This document shows, one piece after another, positions 24,561-39,290 of a DNA stretch of 64,000 nucleotides; the stretch's first letter is position 1; each line of letters begins with the position of its first letter. The translations under genes were made by a program, and so were the position numbers. This stretch comes from Octopus sinensis (taxonomy: Eukaryota), in assembly GCF_006345805.1 (NCBI RefSeq), contig NC_042999.1:78740001-78804000 (forward strand), given 5' to 3'. Under the pieces are notes generated by a model. The model had not been told where the DNA came from. It saw only the letters and a list, made by a program, of their open reading frames with translations, and made no database searches.

Positions 24561-25553
24561 TTTAAAAAGGATTACAAATGATGATGATTAGTAATATAGA
24601 GCTGCAACCCGTCACGCTGACGCCTGCGCTGCAACTGATTCGTTTTGTGCCAAATCATGGCAGCTACAAGTGTGAAAATAATTTCAATAGGGAGCTTATA
24701 ATTCACGAAAATATGCTGAGAGATTGTCTTAGCCCTTCGGACGGTTGATTTCTGTTGATATCAGTGTATTTTGGCGATTTATATAAGAGATTTGACTGTT
24801 ACTTCTAGCAGGTAGACATAGTATATTCTTTGATTAAGTTTTATATATATATGAGTATTTCAGCCCATTTTTCTGAGGTATCGTTATATATATATATATA
24901 TATATATATACATGTGTGTGTGTGTTGTGTGTGTGTGTGTGTGTGTGTGTGTGTCAGTCACAAACTCGCTCTAATTTCTCTTTCTTTGTTATTGTAAAGT
25001 GTTAAGTTTTCTTTGTTGACTTCTCGCAAATTAATCGCTTCTATTTGGCCCTCTTCAGTAGATTATTTCTCTGGCATTCCTCTTTCTACATTCATATGGG
25101 AAAATGGGACAGTCATCAATGTCGTACTTCTCTCCGGGACGCCTTGTGTTCTGTATGCACGCATACTTATGTGCATCTATATGTATGTGTATTATATACA
25201 TACACCATAATACATGCATGCATATATACACACGGAGATATACACGCATACACACACGTAAGCACGCACATACACATATAGTCTACTGTTTTGTTACGGT
25301 AAGATACACAAAAGACGTATCCCCCCAGTGAATGATAATACCATTTAATGTACACTGTATAAAAATAAATGCTACTAATAGATTCTTGGTATGAAAATAC
25401 GAGGCTACATATTTTTTTTATGACGTGCATTGTGTCTTCTTAGCAAGAAACTATTAGAATCCCTTATCATTATACAGTGTACATCAAATCATACACACGC
25501 ACACACACATAATATATATATATCATATATATTATATATAATATATATGTCTG

Positions 25554-25613
<60 letters not shown>

Positions 25614-25723
25614 ATATCTATATATATATATATATAATATATATATATATTATGTATATATATATATGCAAAGTGGTAAACTGCATGGTTGTATATGAAT
25701 CCAAACATATGCTTTCATGTATA

Positions 25724-25800
<77 letters not shown>

Positions 25801-26077
25801 AATGTATGTATGTATGTATGTATGTACGTGCGTACGTACATACGTATGTATGTATCTATCTATCTATACCTCGATCTATCTGTCTACCTATCTAATTATC
25901 CCTCAACGTTTATACATACACGTACCACAGGCACACACTTTCATTAACTTTTATTGGTACATTTGCGCATGAAATAGGAATATATATATTAAATATAACA
26001 ACCAGTATATATATATATATGTTTATACATGATAAACACACTGATACACATTATCATATACATATCTGCGTGTATAT

Positions 26078-26117
<40 letters not shown>

Positions 26118-26868
26118 ACAGAAGCTGGCACTCACTCGCAGACAAACATACACAGTCGAATATCACACAACACTAAATCAAAAGATAAAAGAAATAGCGC
26201 ACTAACAACAATAACAACGACAACAATAACGAGTCAGTATTCAATGGTAATAATGGAAATAAAAAGAAACAACAACAAAATGCACACGCACTTTTCTATA
26301 GAAACCAACAACATATAATATAACAACAATAAAAACAATACAAGTATGATTTCGTCGGACGGAGGTGTAAAAGCAGGCTATAGATAATCTATTGGGAAAT
26401 CAAAGAAAGTTGTTAGTTAGAATACGACATTCTAAAGGGAAATAATACAGTACCATATGAGCTTTCAATCTTAAAAATCTTGCTTCGTACTCACTAAGTA
26501 TGTACATATGTGCATATACATCAGCAGATGCGAAATCACACATACATTATACACATGCTCGAATATAAAGCTATATAACACAGACTATATACATACATTC
26601 GATATACGTACATTCACTCGTGCGCACGCGCGCACACACACACATACACACACATGTGTATGTGTGCATAAGTGTTCGTAAATACGCATTTATTTATGCC
26701 GCACAATTGTGTATGTGTAATTGTGGGAAAATTAAGATAGGGTAGGCGGATGGGTTTAAAGTGTGCAAAGTGAGTGTGTAAGTGTGTGTGTGTGTGTAAG
26801 TGCGTGCGATTGTGGGAGCGTTTGACTTATTTTTGATTCATCACAGAGCATGGAAAGACGAGAATAGT

Positions 26869-26905
<37 letters not shown>

Positions 26906-26952
26906 TCATTCATACATACGTATATATATACATATATTTGTATACATATGTG

Positions 26953-27021
<69 letters not shown>

Positions 27022-28974
27022 GCATATATATATATGTATGTATGTAGATAGATAGATATAGATATGCATAAACGTATATATGTACATATAGAAGCACACG
27101 CATAGATTGACATATACTCACACACATATGCGCGCGCGTTATTTAGGTTACATTGCTGTATGATTTAGATCTTTCGAGGATCTTCCTCGAATGTAGTACC
27201 GCATCCTATCAAAGTCCAGACGTAATTAGTTTAGTTACACTGTATATTTTAACATTACCGCAGGAAGAAGCGTTGAAATTATTTTTCTTCCACCAATCAT
27301 AAATCGTAATTATGGGTCGCATTTAAGTATGGTTTGGTGGAGGCGACACTGTGTCATAGATGCTTACTTCAGCATTGTATGATTGATTTTCTGAGAGCAA
27401 TGTATGTCTATTCTTGCATATGTGGTTAGCCTCGGTTATTTTAGTATGATGACTAGATATCAAGTTTAGCATATTGGTGTAACAGCTGTAACTCACTTTT
27501 ATGTTACTCCTATTGACTAATTTTCTGCATCGGACATATTAACAGCATATAACGACCGTTTATTCGTAGTTTTACAAATCCTCCGTTCAGTGAGCTATAT
27601 ATTAACTCCTCAGTCGATATGTTGGTACTTTGGCAATAGAAAATGTTATTGTGGGTGATGAATATTGCCTTTTCAATTTCGTCTCCGCCGATAACACACG
27701 ATACTTTAGTATTTTACGTATTTGGTTATATATATTTGCGTGCATGCACTCTAGTTGTGCTAAGGCACTAACGTCAGTGTTATAATTAATTAGTTATACA
27801 CTGATACTTTTTTGTTGATTTCGTAAAAATGGAACAAAAAACATGAGAAATTTAGAATATGAAACCAAAATAACCACAAACCTCAAAACATATTTTGTCC
27901 TACGATGTAATATTTGTAGTCGTAATACTTGTTGTTTCTATAGCCTAGCTTAAGGCAAATCTAGGTTTAATAGATCTGTGACTACATTATAAAGTTTGCA
28001 TTTTTCAGTTTTAGATCAGTCGTATCAGAAGTTTTGGTTATTCTTTCTGGAAGACCAAGTAATCGAATTTTTCTCATTACATAGAAATAATTGTAGAGGT
28101 AGCTGCAGTACTATAGCAACATCGGTGGTAGTAGTTGATGTTGTAGTAGTAATACCGGGTTATAGTAAACAATATAAGAAAAGACGAATGAGAAAGGAGT
28201 AATTGTTGAAATTGAGAAAAAGCAGAACAGTTATGGAAATAAATAGGTTATGTGGTGAGGAAAAGGTCGAGAGAGAGAGAGAGTGTGGATAAAAGGGATC
28301 ATAAGAGAAGAGTGAGAAAAGGGAAGCGGGGAAGTAGAACAAAAGTGAAGAGAGAAAGAAAGAAAACAAGACTGCAAAGAAGGACAACGAAAATGAAGAG
28401 TAACTTACATATATGACATACATATAAAATACATATTAATGCATACACATAAAATGCATGTATGTATATATCTATGTTTGCATGCATGCATGCTTGTATG
28501 TATGTATGTATGTATGTATGTATGTATGTATGTATGTATGTATGTATGTATGTATGTGTGTATGTATGAAAGTATGTATGTATGTATTTATGTAAGAATA
28601 TACATATATATGTATGTGAGCATGTGTGAATGTATGTGTGTGATAGAAGCAGGCTCATTAAATAGCTAAGATCTCAAAAAATCAAATATGAGACGAAAGT
28701 ATTGATTCCAGTAATCAACTTTAGAAGATAAAATGTCCCTTTCTCAAAGGTAAAAATATGTTAAATTAAAAATTTTGAAGTAACAGATTTGCGGAAACTT
28801 ATTTCCTGAAAACCGTACATAACCAAAGATGAAAACGGATTCACGACATGTGTTTATGCTATTGTGTCACCATGACCCTTGAATGAAACATGCAAATAAA
28901 GAAAACTAATTCCATTTTGTAAATAAAATAAAATAAAAGCTTTGCTATTTCTTTTTTTTTTTTAATTATTTTCA

Positions 28975-29190
28975 TAAAGGCAGCGAACTCGTTGAAACGT
29001 TAGTACGCCGGACAATATACTTAGCAATTTCTACCATCTTTACGTCTTGAGCTAAAATTCGCCATTGTCGACCTTGCCTTTCGTCCTTTCGGAGTCGATA
29101 TAACAAGTACCAGTTGAACACTTGGGTCGATGTAATCGACTTTTTCCACCACCCAAACTACAGGCCTTGTACCAATAGGTGAAAGGCTAT
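28975..29190 (+). mobile_element. SINE family A copy (tail type 2)
   Basis: Head and core motifs, ending ...AAACTACAGGCCTTGTACCAATAG. Confidence 0.8.
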
Positions 29191-29326
29191 TTCCTTTGCT
29201 CAACCCAAAGGGGTGCACAGATTCTAACCCTTGCAGTTGATTTTGTTGTTTAGATCTTACATATCTCAAGTCGAGGAAACCTGTAATAGTGCAAATATGT
29301 ACACATTCATATCATACACAGACACA

Positions 29327-29419
<93 letters not shown>

Positions 29420-29689
29420 TTACATGTATACATATATGTTTATATATCAATTTATTCATTGACAGAAGTTACAAAGTGTTTCAAACCTCGTGAGCTAATA
29501 AATAGATATTTAGTTAACTTTTTATCTTATCTTCCTCCGATATAGTTCTATCGCTCTCATAAGTTTCTTTTTCCCCTCCATTTTTTCATCCTCACGCAAC
29601 CACTACTTTCCTCTTTCTGTCTCTCTACTTTCCAAATTCTACTGCATCTAGATCTCACTTGCTCATCTTCCCTTTATGTGTGGTTTAAA

Positions 29690-30660
29690 CATCATTTCAG
29701 ATGGCAACCCGCAGACCCAAGCTCTTGTCATCTTCTTCCCACAATATATGGGAAGAAACAGGATCTCCTGGCCCTCCATGGGCTGGCTCGCAAATTTGTG
29801 AGCCACCTCAAGGGTGTCAAATAGCAGCCATACCGTTGCATACTTGACACTCCTAGAAATAAATGCTCTGCCAACTCTTTCTCAATTTCGATTTTGGGAA
29901 AGATGGTGATGGTGTCGAGTGACTTTGAATAAGGCCTCAACACCACCGTCCTTTTCTCTAAGTCTTTTAGCCACTGTTTGGGTGAGATAATCGCCCACTC
30001 CAACACAGTGTTCGTTTTTTTTGCCATGTTTTGGAAGAAGGAAAGTTCGCACAAAAAATTTCCAAAAATTAAAACACAAAAAAGGAAAGGAGGAAGAAAG
30101 AAAGAAAACAGTCCAAAACACAGCAACTTCAATCTTCCGGCCAACTGATACTCCCAGCCACCTGGTATAGCAACAGGAACACAACAACCGGAACAAAGCT
30201 TCACAAATTTCACCAATAAATTAATACAAAAATTGGTAAAAAAAAAAGAATTCCATAATATTTGGAGGTGGAATACGCCCCAAAATACTGAACACAATCT
30301 TCCGGCCACCGGTAATCATGGCCGACCAAATAGTAGCAGGAACACAGCAACAGGAACACAAAAACAACAAAGTTCACAAATTTTGGAGGCGAGATACACC
30401 CCCAAAACAACTTACTTCTCACCGCTAAGTGAGATGCTTATGCCCAACTGCAGGCAGACAAATGTCCGGAATCCAGTGAGGATTTCTTGCTTGAAAAAAA
30501 TATAAAAACAAATATCAAACAACAAACCCCCACTGAATCCCCAAAAGACAAAAGTACTACATTGCAGTTGAGCTTCACTTAATATGCCAAGCTGCGAACC
30601 AGCGTCGCCACTTCTTTTAGTGCAAAGAAAAACACTGACAACAACGCATGCGCGGAAGCA
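29690..30660 (-). mobile_element. 5' part (UTR plus ORF1 start) of an L1/Tx1-like LINE
   Basis: ATG at 30027 (minus): MAKKTNTVLEW...RTVVLRPY...; after a frameshift ISRSVKYATVWLLFDTLEVAHKFASQPMEGQEILFLPIYCGKKMTRAWVCGLP, resembling the PxYxG..T.V.V..LP pattern of Tx1-type ORF1. The upstream UTR is partly duplicated. Confidence 0.55.
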
Positions 30661-31604
30661 AGCTTCTTACCACACAACTACACCTTCACCTATGGTATAA
30701 TATACGCAACTCGTCAAACACAAACTCCTTAAAAGTTTGATTTTTATCATATCTAGAATATTGATGAAGGACAACTCTGAAACATTAAGAACTCAAAATA
30801 CAAAATGTTAATAGTCAGCAACACATACAGTTAAGCATCAGCAAATCCCAGAATCAACTGTCGATCGGATAATATTAAGTGTTCGAAAGCTGGGCAGTAG
30901 CATTCAGTCCGGCAATGTCAACAGTGCGTAAAAGCATAAACGCTACCTAGGAAGTAATAGACAAGAAACCGGGGCGAAGCGTAGGGGCAGAATGATCATT
31001 ATGTCTATACCAGCTTATAGTTACTAAGGAGAAATACAAGTTCCAAATCTCAAACGTAAACTGTCCTATTCTTGTAACTACCAAGTACAGAAATTTTAAA
31101 ATGTATTATAGGAAACAGGAACATAATGAAAAAAGGCATTGTCTTCCCAAGAACTATAGAACTAAAGCGAACAAAGGAATATAAATATCAAAACAAACTA
31201 ACGAACTAAATGCACACGCACACGCATTCTTACGCGCGTTTCCAAGTAGTATGCAAACGCAATCATATATCGTGTATTTGTAAAGTGCAGGTATCCGATT
31301 GTCGAACAGGGAATTGAACATGTATAATCTGCTAATGATGGTTAAAGCACACAGAAAGGGAAGATGAAAGAGCAAGTGAGATCTAGAGAGGGAGAACAAC
31401 ATGTGTGAGAGAGAAAGACACAAATAGATAGACAAAGAAAATTTTTATATGTTGCCAAGAAAATGCCATCTGCCTTTCTTATCACTAGGAATACTTTACA
31501 CATATAACCACCAGGGTTCATTCATACTTTTCTTACTCCGCCCCAAAAGACCAATTTACAAGGATGGTTCCTTTCTTAAAGACATACTATGTAACTCAAT
31601 CTGC

Positions 31605-31704
31605 NNNNNNNNNNNNNNNNNNNNNNNNNNNNNNNNNNNNNNNNNNNNNNNNNNNNNNNNNNNNNNNNNNNNNNNNNNNNNNNNNNNNNNNNNNNNNNNN
31701 NNNN
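31605..31704. other. Assembly gap (100 N, probably of unknown size)
   Basis: Run of exactly 100 N. The flanks may not be truly adjacent. Confidence 0.99.
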
Positions 31705-31850
31705 GCGAAACTCACTCGCACACACACACACACACCACACACACACACACACACACACCACCTACCACCACACACACACACAACGCACACACACACACAC
31801 ACACAACACACACACACACACCACACACACACGCACGCATGCACACACAC

Positions 31851-31887
<37 letters not shown>

Positions 31888-32039
31888 GAATATCTGTATA
31901 TTTGTAAGTAGAGGCAGGCACGTAAACCCAGATGCTTATCCATAATACTCATACAGATTACTATACTATCAATGAAATATTCTTGATACTTTTGTTAAAG
32001 AATCTTATATATTCATACCTTTGCAAATTTCATATATAT

Positions 32040-32072
<33 letters not shown>

Positions 32073-32209
32073 GTATATGTACATATATACATATATATAA
32101 CATATATATATGCATGTATGTATGTGTGTATGGATGTATATATATATATATATATAATATATATAATATATATGTATCTATGAATCTATGTGTAAGTATA
32201 TATATGATA

Positions 32210-32430
32210 TTAAGACACTTTGATGTGGTTCTATGCGACTTAAGGTTTCGCAGGCCTATAACAGAAGCCTGTCTTACAGATTTTGGATTGCTATATAGAG
32301 AGATATACCAAGTTCAAGATGATGGACTTGGTGTATCTCTCTATACGGCTATCCACAGCCTGAAGAGATGGGTTTCTGTTAGAGGTTTGCGAAACTTCAA
32401 GTCGCATAAAACCACATCAAACAGTTTTAA
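32210..32430. repeat. Long imperfect inverted repeat (107/108-nt arms, 6-nt loop)
   Basis: Manual pairing gives about 86 Watson-Crick pairs, 11 G:U, 10 mismatches and 1 bulge on the + strand. Confidence 0.95.
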
Positions 32431-32491
32431 ATAGTACATGTAACTCCTACTCAAAGTGTTGACGCTCTTTCTTTCGTTTGTCTACCCACTG

Positions 32492-32547
<56 letters not shown>

Positions 32548-32742
32548 CTTACGAATTTTGTGTGTATTTGCATATGTATACGTCTACGTTTAATATGTGC
32601 TTAATTACATAAACAAATATTTCAGTACTTCGTATACATACTTAGATTCATACACATACACATACACACACACACATGTTTGTATATGTATGAGAAAATA
32701 TAAATATATATGAAAGTATAGATTTCAGCATTTACTTACCCG

Positions 32743-32799
<57 letters not shown>

Positions 32800-32806
32800 T
32801 ATAATA

Positions 32807-32848
<42 letters not shown>

Positions 32849-32874
32849 TATATATACATATAATATATATATGA

Positions 32875-32948
<74 letters not shown>

Positions 32949-33229
32949 ATTTTGTGCAAAACAATATTATACTCTCATAACAACCAGTTTACCAATCGGT
33001 TTCATACCAGAAAGCTGAAAAAACAGATCCGGCAATAACTAAAAAAAGTCCAATATGGCGTGGGCTTTTTGTTACTGCAGGTCTGAAAATGCAATAACCG
33101 GTTTGTGGCTCTCGTGACTGTTATTAAAAAGAAAAAACAGCAGAATAAATTTTGTGGAAGAATTTAGAGTTCTAAGTTGTCTTTACTGCTTTCAGACATG
33201 ACTAAAAATGTAGAGTAGATAATGAAACA

Positions 33230-33600
33230 TATATACAACTACAAACTAACAATATCACAGAAACATATAGGAAGGCTAGCTCTCAGGCCAGTAATGAGGC
33301 TAACCATGAAGCCAAAGATATAGGTTTTATATTAAGCATTGAAGATAGAGTCGAAAGCTCTAGTGAAAGAAAGGCGTCATTATAATAATTAAAAACCACA
33401 ATCCTAACATTGCCTTCAACCCAAATTCAGCTGATCAGCCCCACAAAGTTAAGGATTGGCTCGGTGAAGTAACACCTGCTCAAGAAGATCAAAACAATAC
33501 TAGAAAAGCGTCTGGCTTCAGGCTATGACACAACAGCAATCAGGTCATCTCATAGTTTAAACAAACAGTGGCAAAGTTTGAGCAAGGTTCAAATAATTCG
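33230..33600 (+). mobile_element. Penelope-like RT N-terminal remnant
   Basis: NITETYRKAS...NHEAKDI..IEDRVE, KNHNPN..FNP and QLISPTKLRIGSVK*HLLKKI (cf. NITKTYKK, LKDHKENF..NP..RLINPAKSEIG..SK.IL..I). Confidence 0.7.
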
Positions 33601-33830
33601 ATACAATAGTGAATTTCTACCCATCAAAGAAACAACATGTACATACATAACACATATGCTTGTCATTATTTTCAAAACGTAAGCAACCAAAAGTACGTTT
33701 ATCTGTTTGGCTCGCATTTGTATTAAGATGCTGGTTTGACATGTTAAGTTGAGCTTAAAAGAAAATGGCGGACGTTCTGTTTAGTGTGTCAAGATTAAAA
33801 TGGGAGTCAATTGATGGATTAAGTATAGCG

Positions 33831-34198
33831 TAATAATAATAATAAACGCGAAATTCTGTCCGTCCGTCCGTCCAGGACTATGTATCCCAGTCAACATTTG
33901 CTCTACATAGACATATTATACTCTTTTGGAATCAGGACGATTCTGGAATTGAAAATCTGCTCTTTATTTGGTTCTTGAACATCCAGCATTGGGATCAGGT
34001 CTGGATGAGGGTTTGTTATATGCTAACAGTTGAAAATTCAAATATTAAGAGATCTCCAAAAATTTGAGAACTTGAAAATGTTCCATTTAAATTGAATTTA
34101 AAGTAATACCATATTGGTCGGGTACCAATAAATGCTTTATTATTATTGCTGTCCGTAGTTTGGCGAGGCAGGCCCAATTAGCTCTCCACAGGAGCTAG
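33831..34198 (+). mobile_element. Non-autonomous Helitron-like element
   Basis: 5' TAATAATAATAATAAACGCGAAATTCTGTCCGTCCGTCC; 3' GC-rich hairpin-like sequence then CTAG|T at 34195-34199. The 5' TC is not clearly seen. Confidence 0.55.
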
Positions 34199-35337
34199 TT
34201 TAGAAGTCTGAACGGCGTGCGGCTTTTAATCTTGTTCAAGGTAAAGTTGGATTAACGTAATATTAGAGTGTCGGTTATAACGGTGATACTTGAACCCTTC
34301 GCTTTTTAAGGGGCATAATAAGCACTTCATGACTTTTATTCACTGTTCTCGATTCTGGGGTGTTTCTTTTTGCTTCTTTCTAGTTGGGTCGCCTGAATTT
34401 TAAAAGTATATAGAGCCTGCCAGTTATGGGTTGATAACATATAGATACTTCTTCGTTGATTTGTAAACAAGTCTGCTTTTGCAATGCTGTTTTGTTTATT
34501 GTTTCATTATATTTACTGTAGGCACAGTATAGTTGTATAGATAAAAAGCTTGTTTCACAACTACAAAATTCTGAGATCGGTCTTACTGCTTCAGATCTTG
34601 GACAAATCTAATTTTCTGGAGCTTCGGGTCGCCCTACATTTTGTGAGGGAAACTGATGAGAAGCTCGTCATATAAGCCAAAATGTACAATCTTATGACGC
34701 TTGTTTATGCTATGCCACCCCTATTCAGTCTATGTATTACTTTAATAGCGCATGTCAGTCTATGAAATGTTAAGCCGCTTACACGTTAATTCAGGTGATT
34801 GAGCACTTGAATCCCCACTGTCCTCCGAAGAAGATCCACCAATATTTTCTATTCCTGGAAATTATATAAAAATAAAAAATAAAAATAGATGACGAATATT
34901 AACATGAAAGCAACGAACTAGCGATATATAATTTTTACAATCTTAATTAAATTATGATAGTGTTATTTATTATCTGGATATTTTTACGTTTAACAAAAGA
35001 AAAAAAAAAAAATTTCTTTTTCTTACGAGAGGAGATTGTTGTTTAACAATTATTGAATTAGTGAAAAAAGTAAATAATCGACAAATTGTCATCTATGTAT
35101 ATTGTATTTTTTTCCATTTGCTATTAATCATATTACAAATATAAAAATATATCAACAGCATAATTAAATATAAGTGAATTTGCATATATATATGCATATG
35201 TGAATGCACGCACACATGCACGCACGCGCACACACCCACACAAACACAAACACTCATACAGATGTATATATATATGTATATATATGTATATATATATATG
35301 ATATATATGCATATATATAATTTATATATGTATATAA

Positions 35338-35411
<74 letters not shown>

Positions 35412-35716
35412 CACACACATATTTATATATACGTATGCGTATATACCTATATATATAAACATATACACATAAACGTTATAATTGTATGGAAATATTTATA
35501 ATGTATTTATAATGAAAATAATTTTTGGTGTAAAGCAATGTGCGTGTGTGTGTGTGTGTATGTATGTATGTATATGTCTGCGTGTGTATGTGTGAGTATG
35601 TATACCCATAATATATATCAATAAAAAACTCAGCTAATTCAATTTTATTACCCATCTCTGTTATTAACACTTTCTCATTCTCTCTCCCTGTATATACGTA
35701 TTCATATCATCTATCT

Positions 35717-35796
<80 letters not shown>

Positions 35797-35808
35797 AATA
35801 CCTACCTA

Positions 35809-35888
<80 letters not shown>

Positions 35889-36028
35889 CATATACATATA
35901 TATATATTTATATATACATACATATATACATACATATATATCCGTGCATTATAGGTAAATATTTATACGTAAATATTGGTAATATATAAGTCTATGTTTA
36001 TGTCTATGTTTATGTCTATATATATATA

Positions 36029-36095
<67 letters not shown>

Positions 36096-36423
36096 ATATA
36101 TATATAACATATATATATACCTATATAATATATATACATATATACACATATATATTATACATATATATGTATATATATGTATACATATATATATGTATAC
36201 ATATATATGTATATATATGTATACATATATGCATGCCTATATATATGTATGAACATATTTATATATATATATATTTGTATGTGTATCTTGCTTTATATTA
36301 TTCTATATGTATATGTGTGTGTGTACAAAATATGCACATACATACACAGATACAGTCACACACACACAGTTACGTACACAAACACACGCACACACTCACA
36401 CCACACACGCATACACACGCCCC

Positions 36424-36461
<38 letters not shown>

Positions 36462-36658
36462 ATCAGAAAAGAAATTCTCATTCGTATAGTATTTTTTCTT
36501 GTCAATAATGATTCGTACTTCATAAAATATGCAATTATTTTTTCACTCTTTTTATCGGAACCTGATATCTTAAAAGTTGTCTCTTAACTGTGTTAACTGA
36601 TTTAATATCGCTCAGTATTTGAAAAGAACTGGCAATATATCAGCATGAGCTACATTCA

Positions 36659-36700
<42 letters not shown>

Positions 36701-36847
36701 TAATAATAATAATAACCTACATCTTCATCTTCGCGCTCATCATCATCGCCGTCGTCGTCATCGTCATCATCATCATCATCATTATCAATATCACCGCAAT
36801 ATTTTCCTTTTCTTTTCTCTGTTATCATATATATATATATATATATA

Positions 36848-36893
<46 letters not shown>

Positions 36894-38399
36894 ATATATA
36901 TACACATACACACACACACATATAAATTATATACATATATACATATATACATATATATATATATACATATATTATATACACACCCACACATATATATATA
37001 CCTACATACACACATAAATATATATGTACACGCACAAATATATATGTACATGTTTATATATATGTATATATTTGTATATGATTACGTATAAATATATGTA
37101 CAAATATGCATATATACACATGCGTGTGTGCGTATATGTGAGCGGATATGTTTATTCATGCATTTACTTATATTCTAAAGTCAGTTCCTATTTCTACCTT
37201 CCAGTTTATTATTACAGGTAAATAAATACAAAAATAACAATTTGATGTCTTTTGCTTTCGTTTTTGTTCAGGTGTTTTGTTAATTATTGTTGATATTTGT
37301 TATTTATTTATATTGCGCAGTTCACATTTATAGAGAAACAAAATGCATTGTAAATATATTAAAAATAACACATTTGTAGTATTTTTCTAAGAAACGAAAC
37401 ATGATACAAACGCCGCAAATGATGCGTTTTAAGAAGCGCATATATAATATGTTTATAAACATAACCTAACACACTTTTATATAAACATATGAAAAAATGC
37501 CGTGTCATAAAACTTATTTACCAATTTCTCGCTCATAATACATGAAGAACTAAAGAAACAGAAACACTATTATAAACCACCCCCGTTCATGCATATATAA
37601 ATGTTTCATTAACATACCGAGTAGGAGTTAAGAACAGTGTTATATAGCAAACTACTGAAATACAGTGTTATGTAATACATAGTTAAATATGTCACAATTA
37701 TACGAAAGGTGATGCAATTTTGCAACAAATGCTGTGAGATGGGGAAAGTGAAAGACCTGCGCAGATATAACAAAAAATCAATGTTCTCTAGTTTAATTTT
37801 AACTGCAAAGTTTCAATGTATATTTGGGCCATAAAGCTATTTCTATAATGTCTAAATTCCCCTGCTGACTGTTAATTAAATCACTGAATGGTATTTGTAT
37901 AAGTTTAGTAAATTCCTTTCACATACACGGTAAACATTTGTCCGTCTTAAGGCCGGATTCTGTTTTAGTTGACATATTTGTTGTTAGAAATATGATTTTT
38001 CGGATTAATAAATGTTTACTTGGTGTTCCATGATATTTTCGTAATGAATTTTGTGGACCATCTTCTGTAAAAAGTTGTGTACCACTTGTTTTTCTATTTC
38101 ATGCGGAAACTTGTTTTTCTATTTCATGCGGAATATCGGTAGCTCATTATCGAATGCGAATCCTTTAAGAAAAAAAACTTCGAAAGAAAACAAAATAACA
38201 TATCTTCTTCCCCCTCTCATTTTTAATGGTACATAGGTGCATATACTGCCAGTTCCTACGATACGTATATATTTTTTCTGACTAGATGCAAAGGTATTAT
38301 TTTCAGATAAGAAAACAAGAGATGTTGGAAATTGAAGCTTTCCTAAAGTAGAACAGAATTATGAAACTCTTCTCAGTATCGGCTGGTTAGTAGCTTATA

Positions 38400-39290
38400 T
38401 TTGCGTCACGAGGCTCAAAAGTATGCCTGGAAATATTAAGGCTTTTGTTTTAAATATGTACCCTGGCCAGCAGCCAAACAAAAACTTGTCATGAATTCGG
38501 CCGAAGGAGAGGAAAGTATCGAAGCTAAGTATTGAGAATTCTCTTACTATTACCAGTAGCTGCAAGTTGGAAGCAGAACACGAGTAGAACACATATCTCG
38601 GTGCATCATTATTGATAACCTTTCTCTTGTCTAAGATCAAGAGACATATTGAAAGAGCAACCTGAACACGAGCCAAACGGGCACGAAGACTATAGAAGAA
38701 CACTAAGCTAACAGTGTACACAAAAGTTGCATTCAACAGAGCTTGTATCTCTAACACTGCTTTGTGGTAGTAAGATCGAGAAGATTTAGTCCAGACCAGA
38801 GCGGCATATTTTCAATTTTGCTTTGCCATTGAGCAGAATGACCGAGCCATCAACAATGAGGTCCTAACCCAACCTACATGATCCTACCTTAACAAAGTTG
38901 ATTGCGCTGGCAGGACCACAGACATCGCATGCCATAACGGAGGATCCAAAAGTAATTGCTGTATAGAGAACTAGCTTCTGGTAAGAGAACGTGAAGGCAA
39001 CTCTCTCATCATTTCAGTGATGTTTGCGAGAAAGTAATGAAGTCTCTACACGAACGTCTTAAGGGAGTAAGATATTGTGATTGGAGAACGCTCTTACAGT
39101 TGACTGGAACTCTGCATGTTTTGTTGATCAAAAGTAAAATCGACGGAGAACTATTAGGAAATGGGTTGGGTGACAAACTGCGCTGCACCTCAAAATGCAG
39201 CCACTGTAGCCGGTGCTGGCACTCACTTTGTGAGTGACAGTATCGAATACTATGACAGCAGGCACTACGCTGCCAACAAGACCGAAACAA
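38400..39290 (+). mobile_element. Decayed RTE-clade LINE, RT C-terminal region
   Basis: TYLGAS...KNTKLTVYTKVAFNRAC and frameshifted pieces matching RLRWLGHV.RM..GRIPK.LLY.ELASGKR..GRP...F.DVC..MK. Confidence 0.8.

Noticed and set aside
25013-25140. Protein-looking stretches on both strands (DYFSGIPLSTFIWENG; EKYDIDDCPIFPYEC)
   Set aside because: There is no convincing splice-site pair and no recognisable family.
29728-30309. Longest non-repetitive ORF (193 aa) as a host gene
   Set aside because: Its N-terminal half is read-through of a duplicated UTR, and the protein-like part continues in another frame after a shift; a LINE ORF1 remnant fits better.
31490-31604. YVFKKGTILVNWS on the minus strand, reminiscent of a cytochrome P450 segment
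   Set aside because: It is bounded by in-frame stops, lacks a pyrimidine-rich acceptor, and abuts the assembly gap.
33765-33830. AAAATGGCGGAC as a start codon or YY1 promoter motif (MADVLFSVSRLKWESIDGL)
   Set aside because: The ORF is short, the donor is weak, it lies between TE remnants, and I recognise no homology.
38084-38133. 25-bp exact tandem duplication (also a 17-bp unit x2.5 at 20215-20258 and a 10-bp unit x3 near 3641-3670)
   Set aside because: Ordinary slippage duplications with no sign of function.
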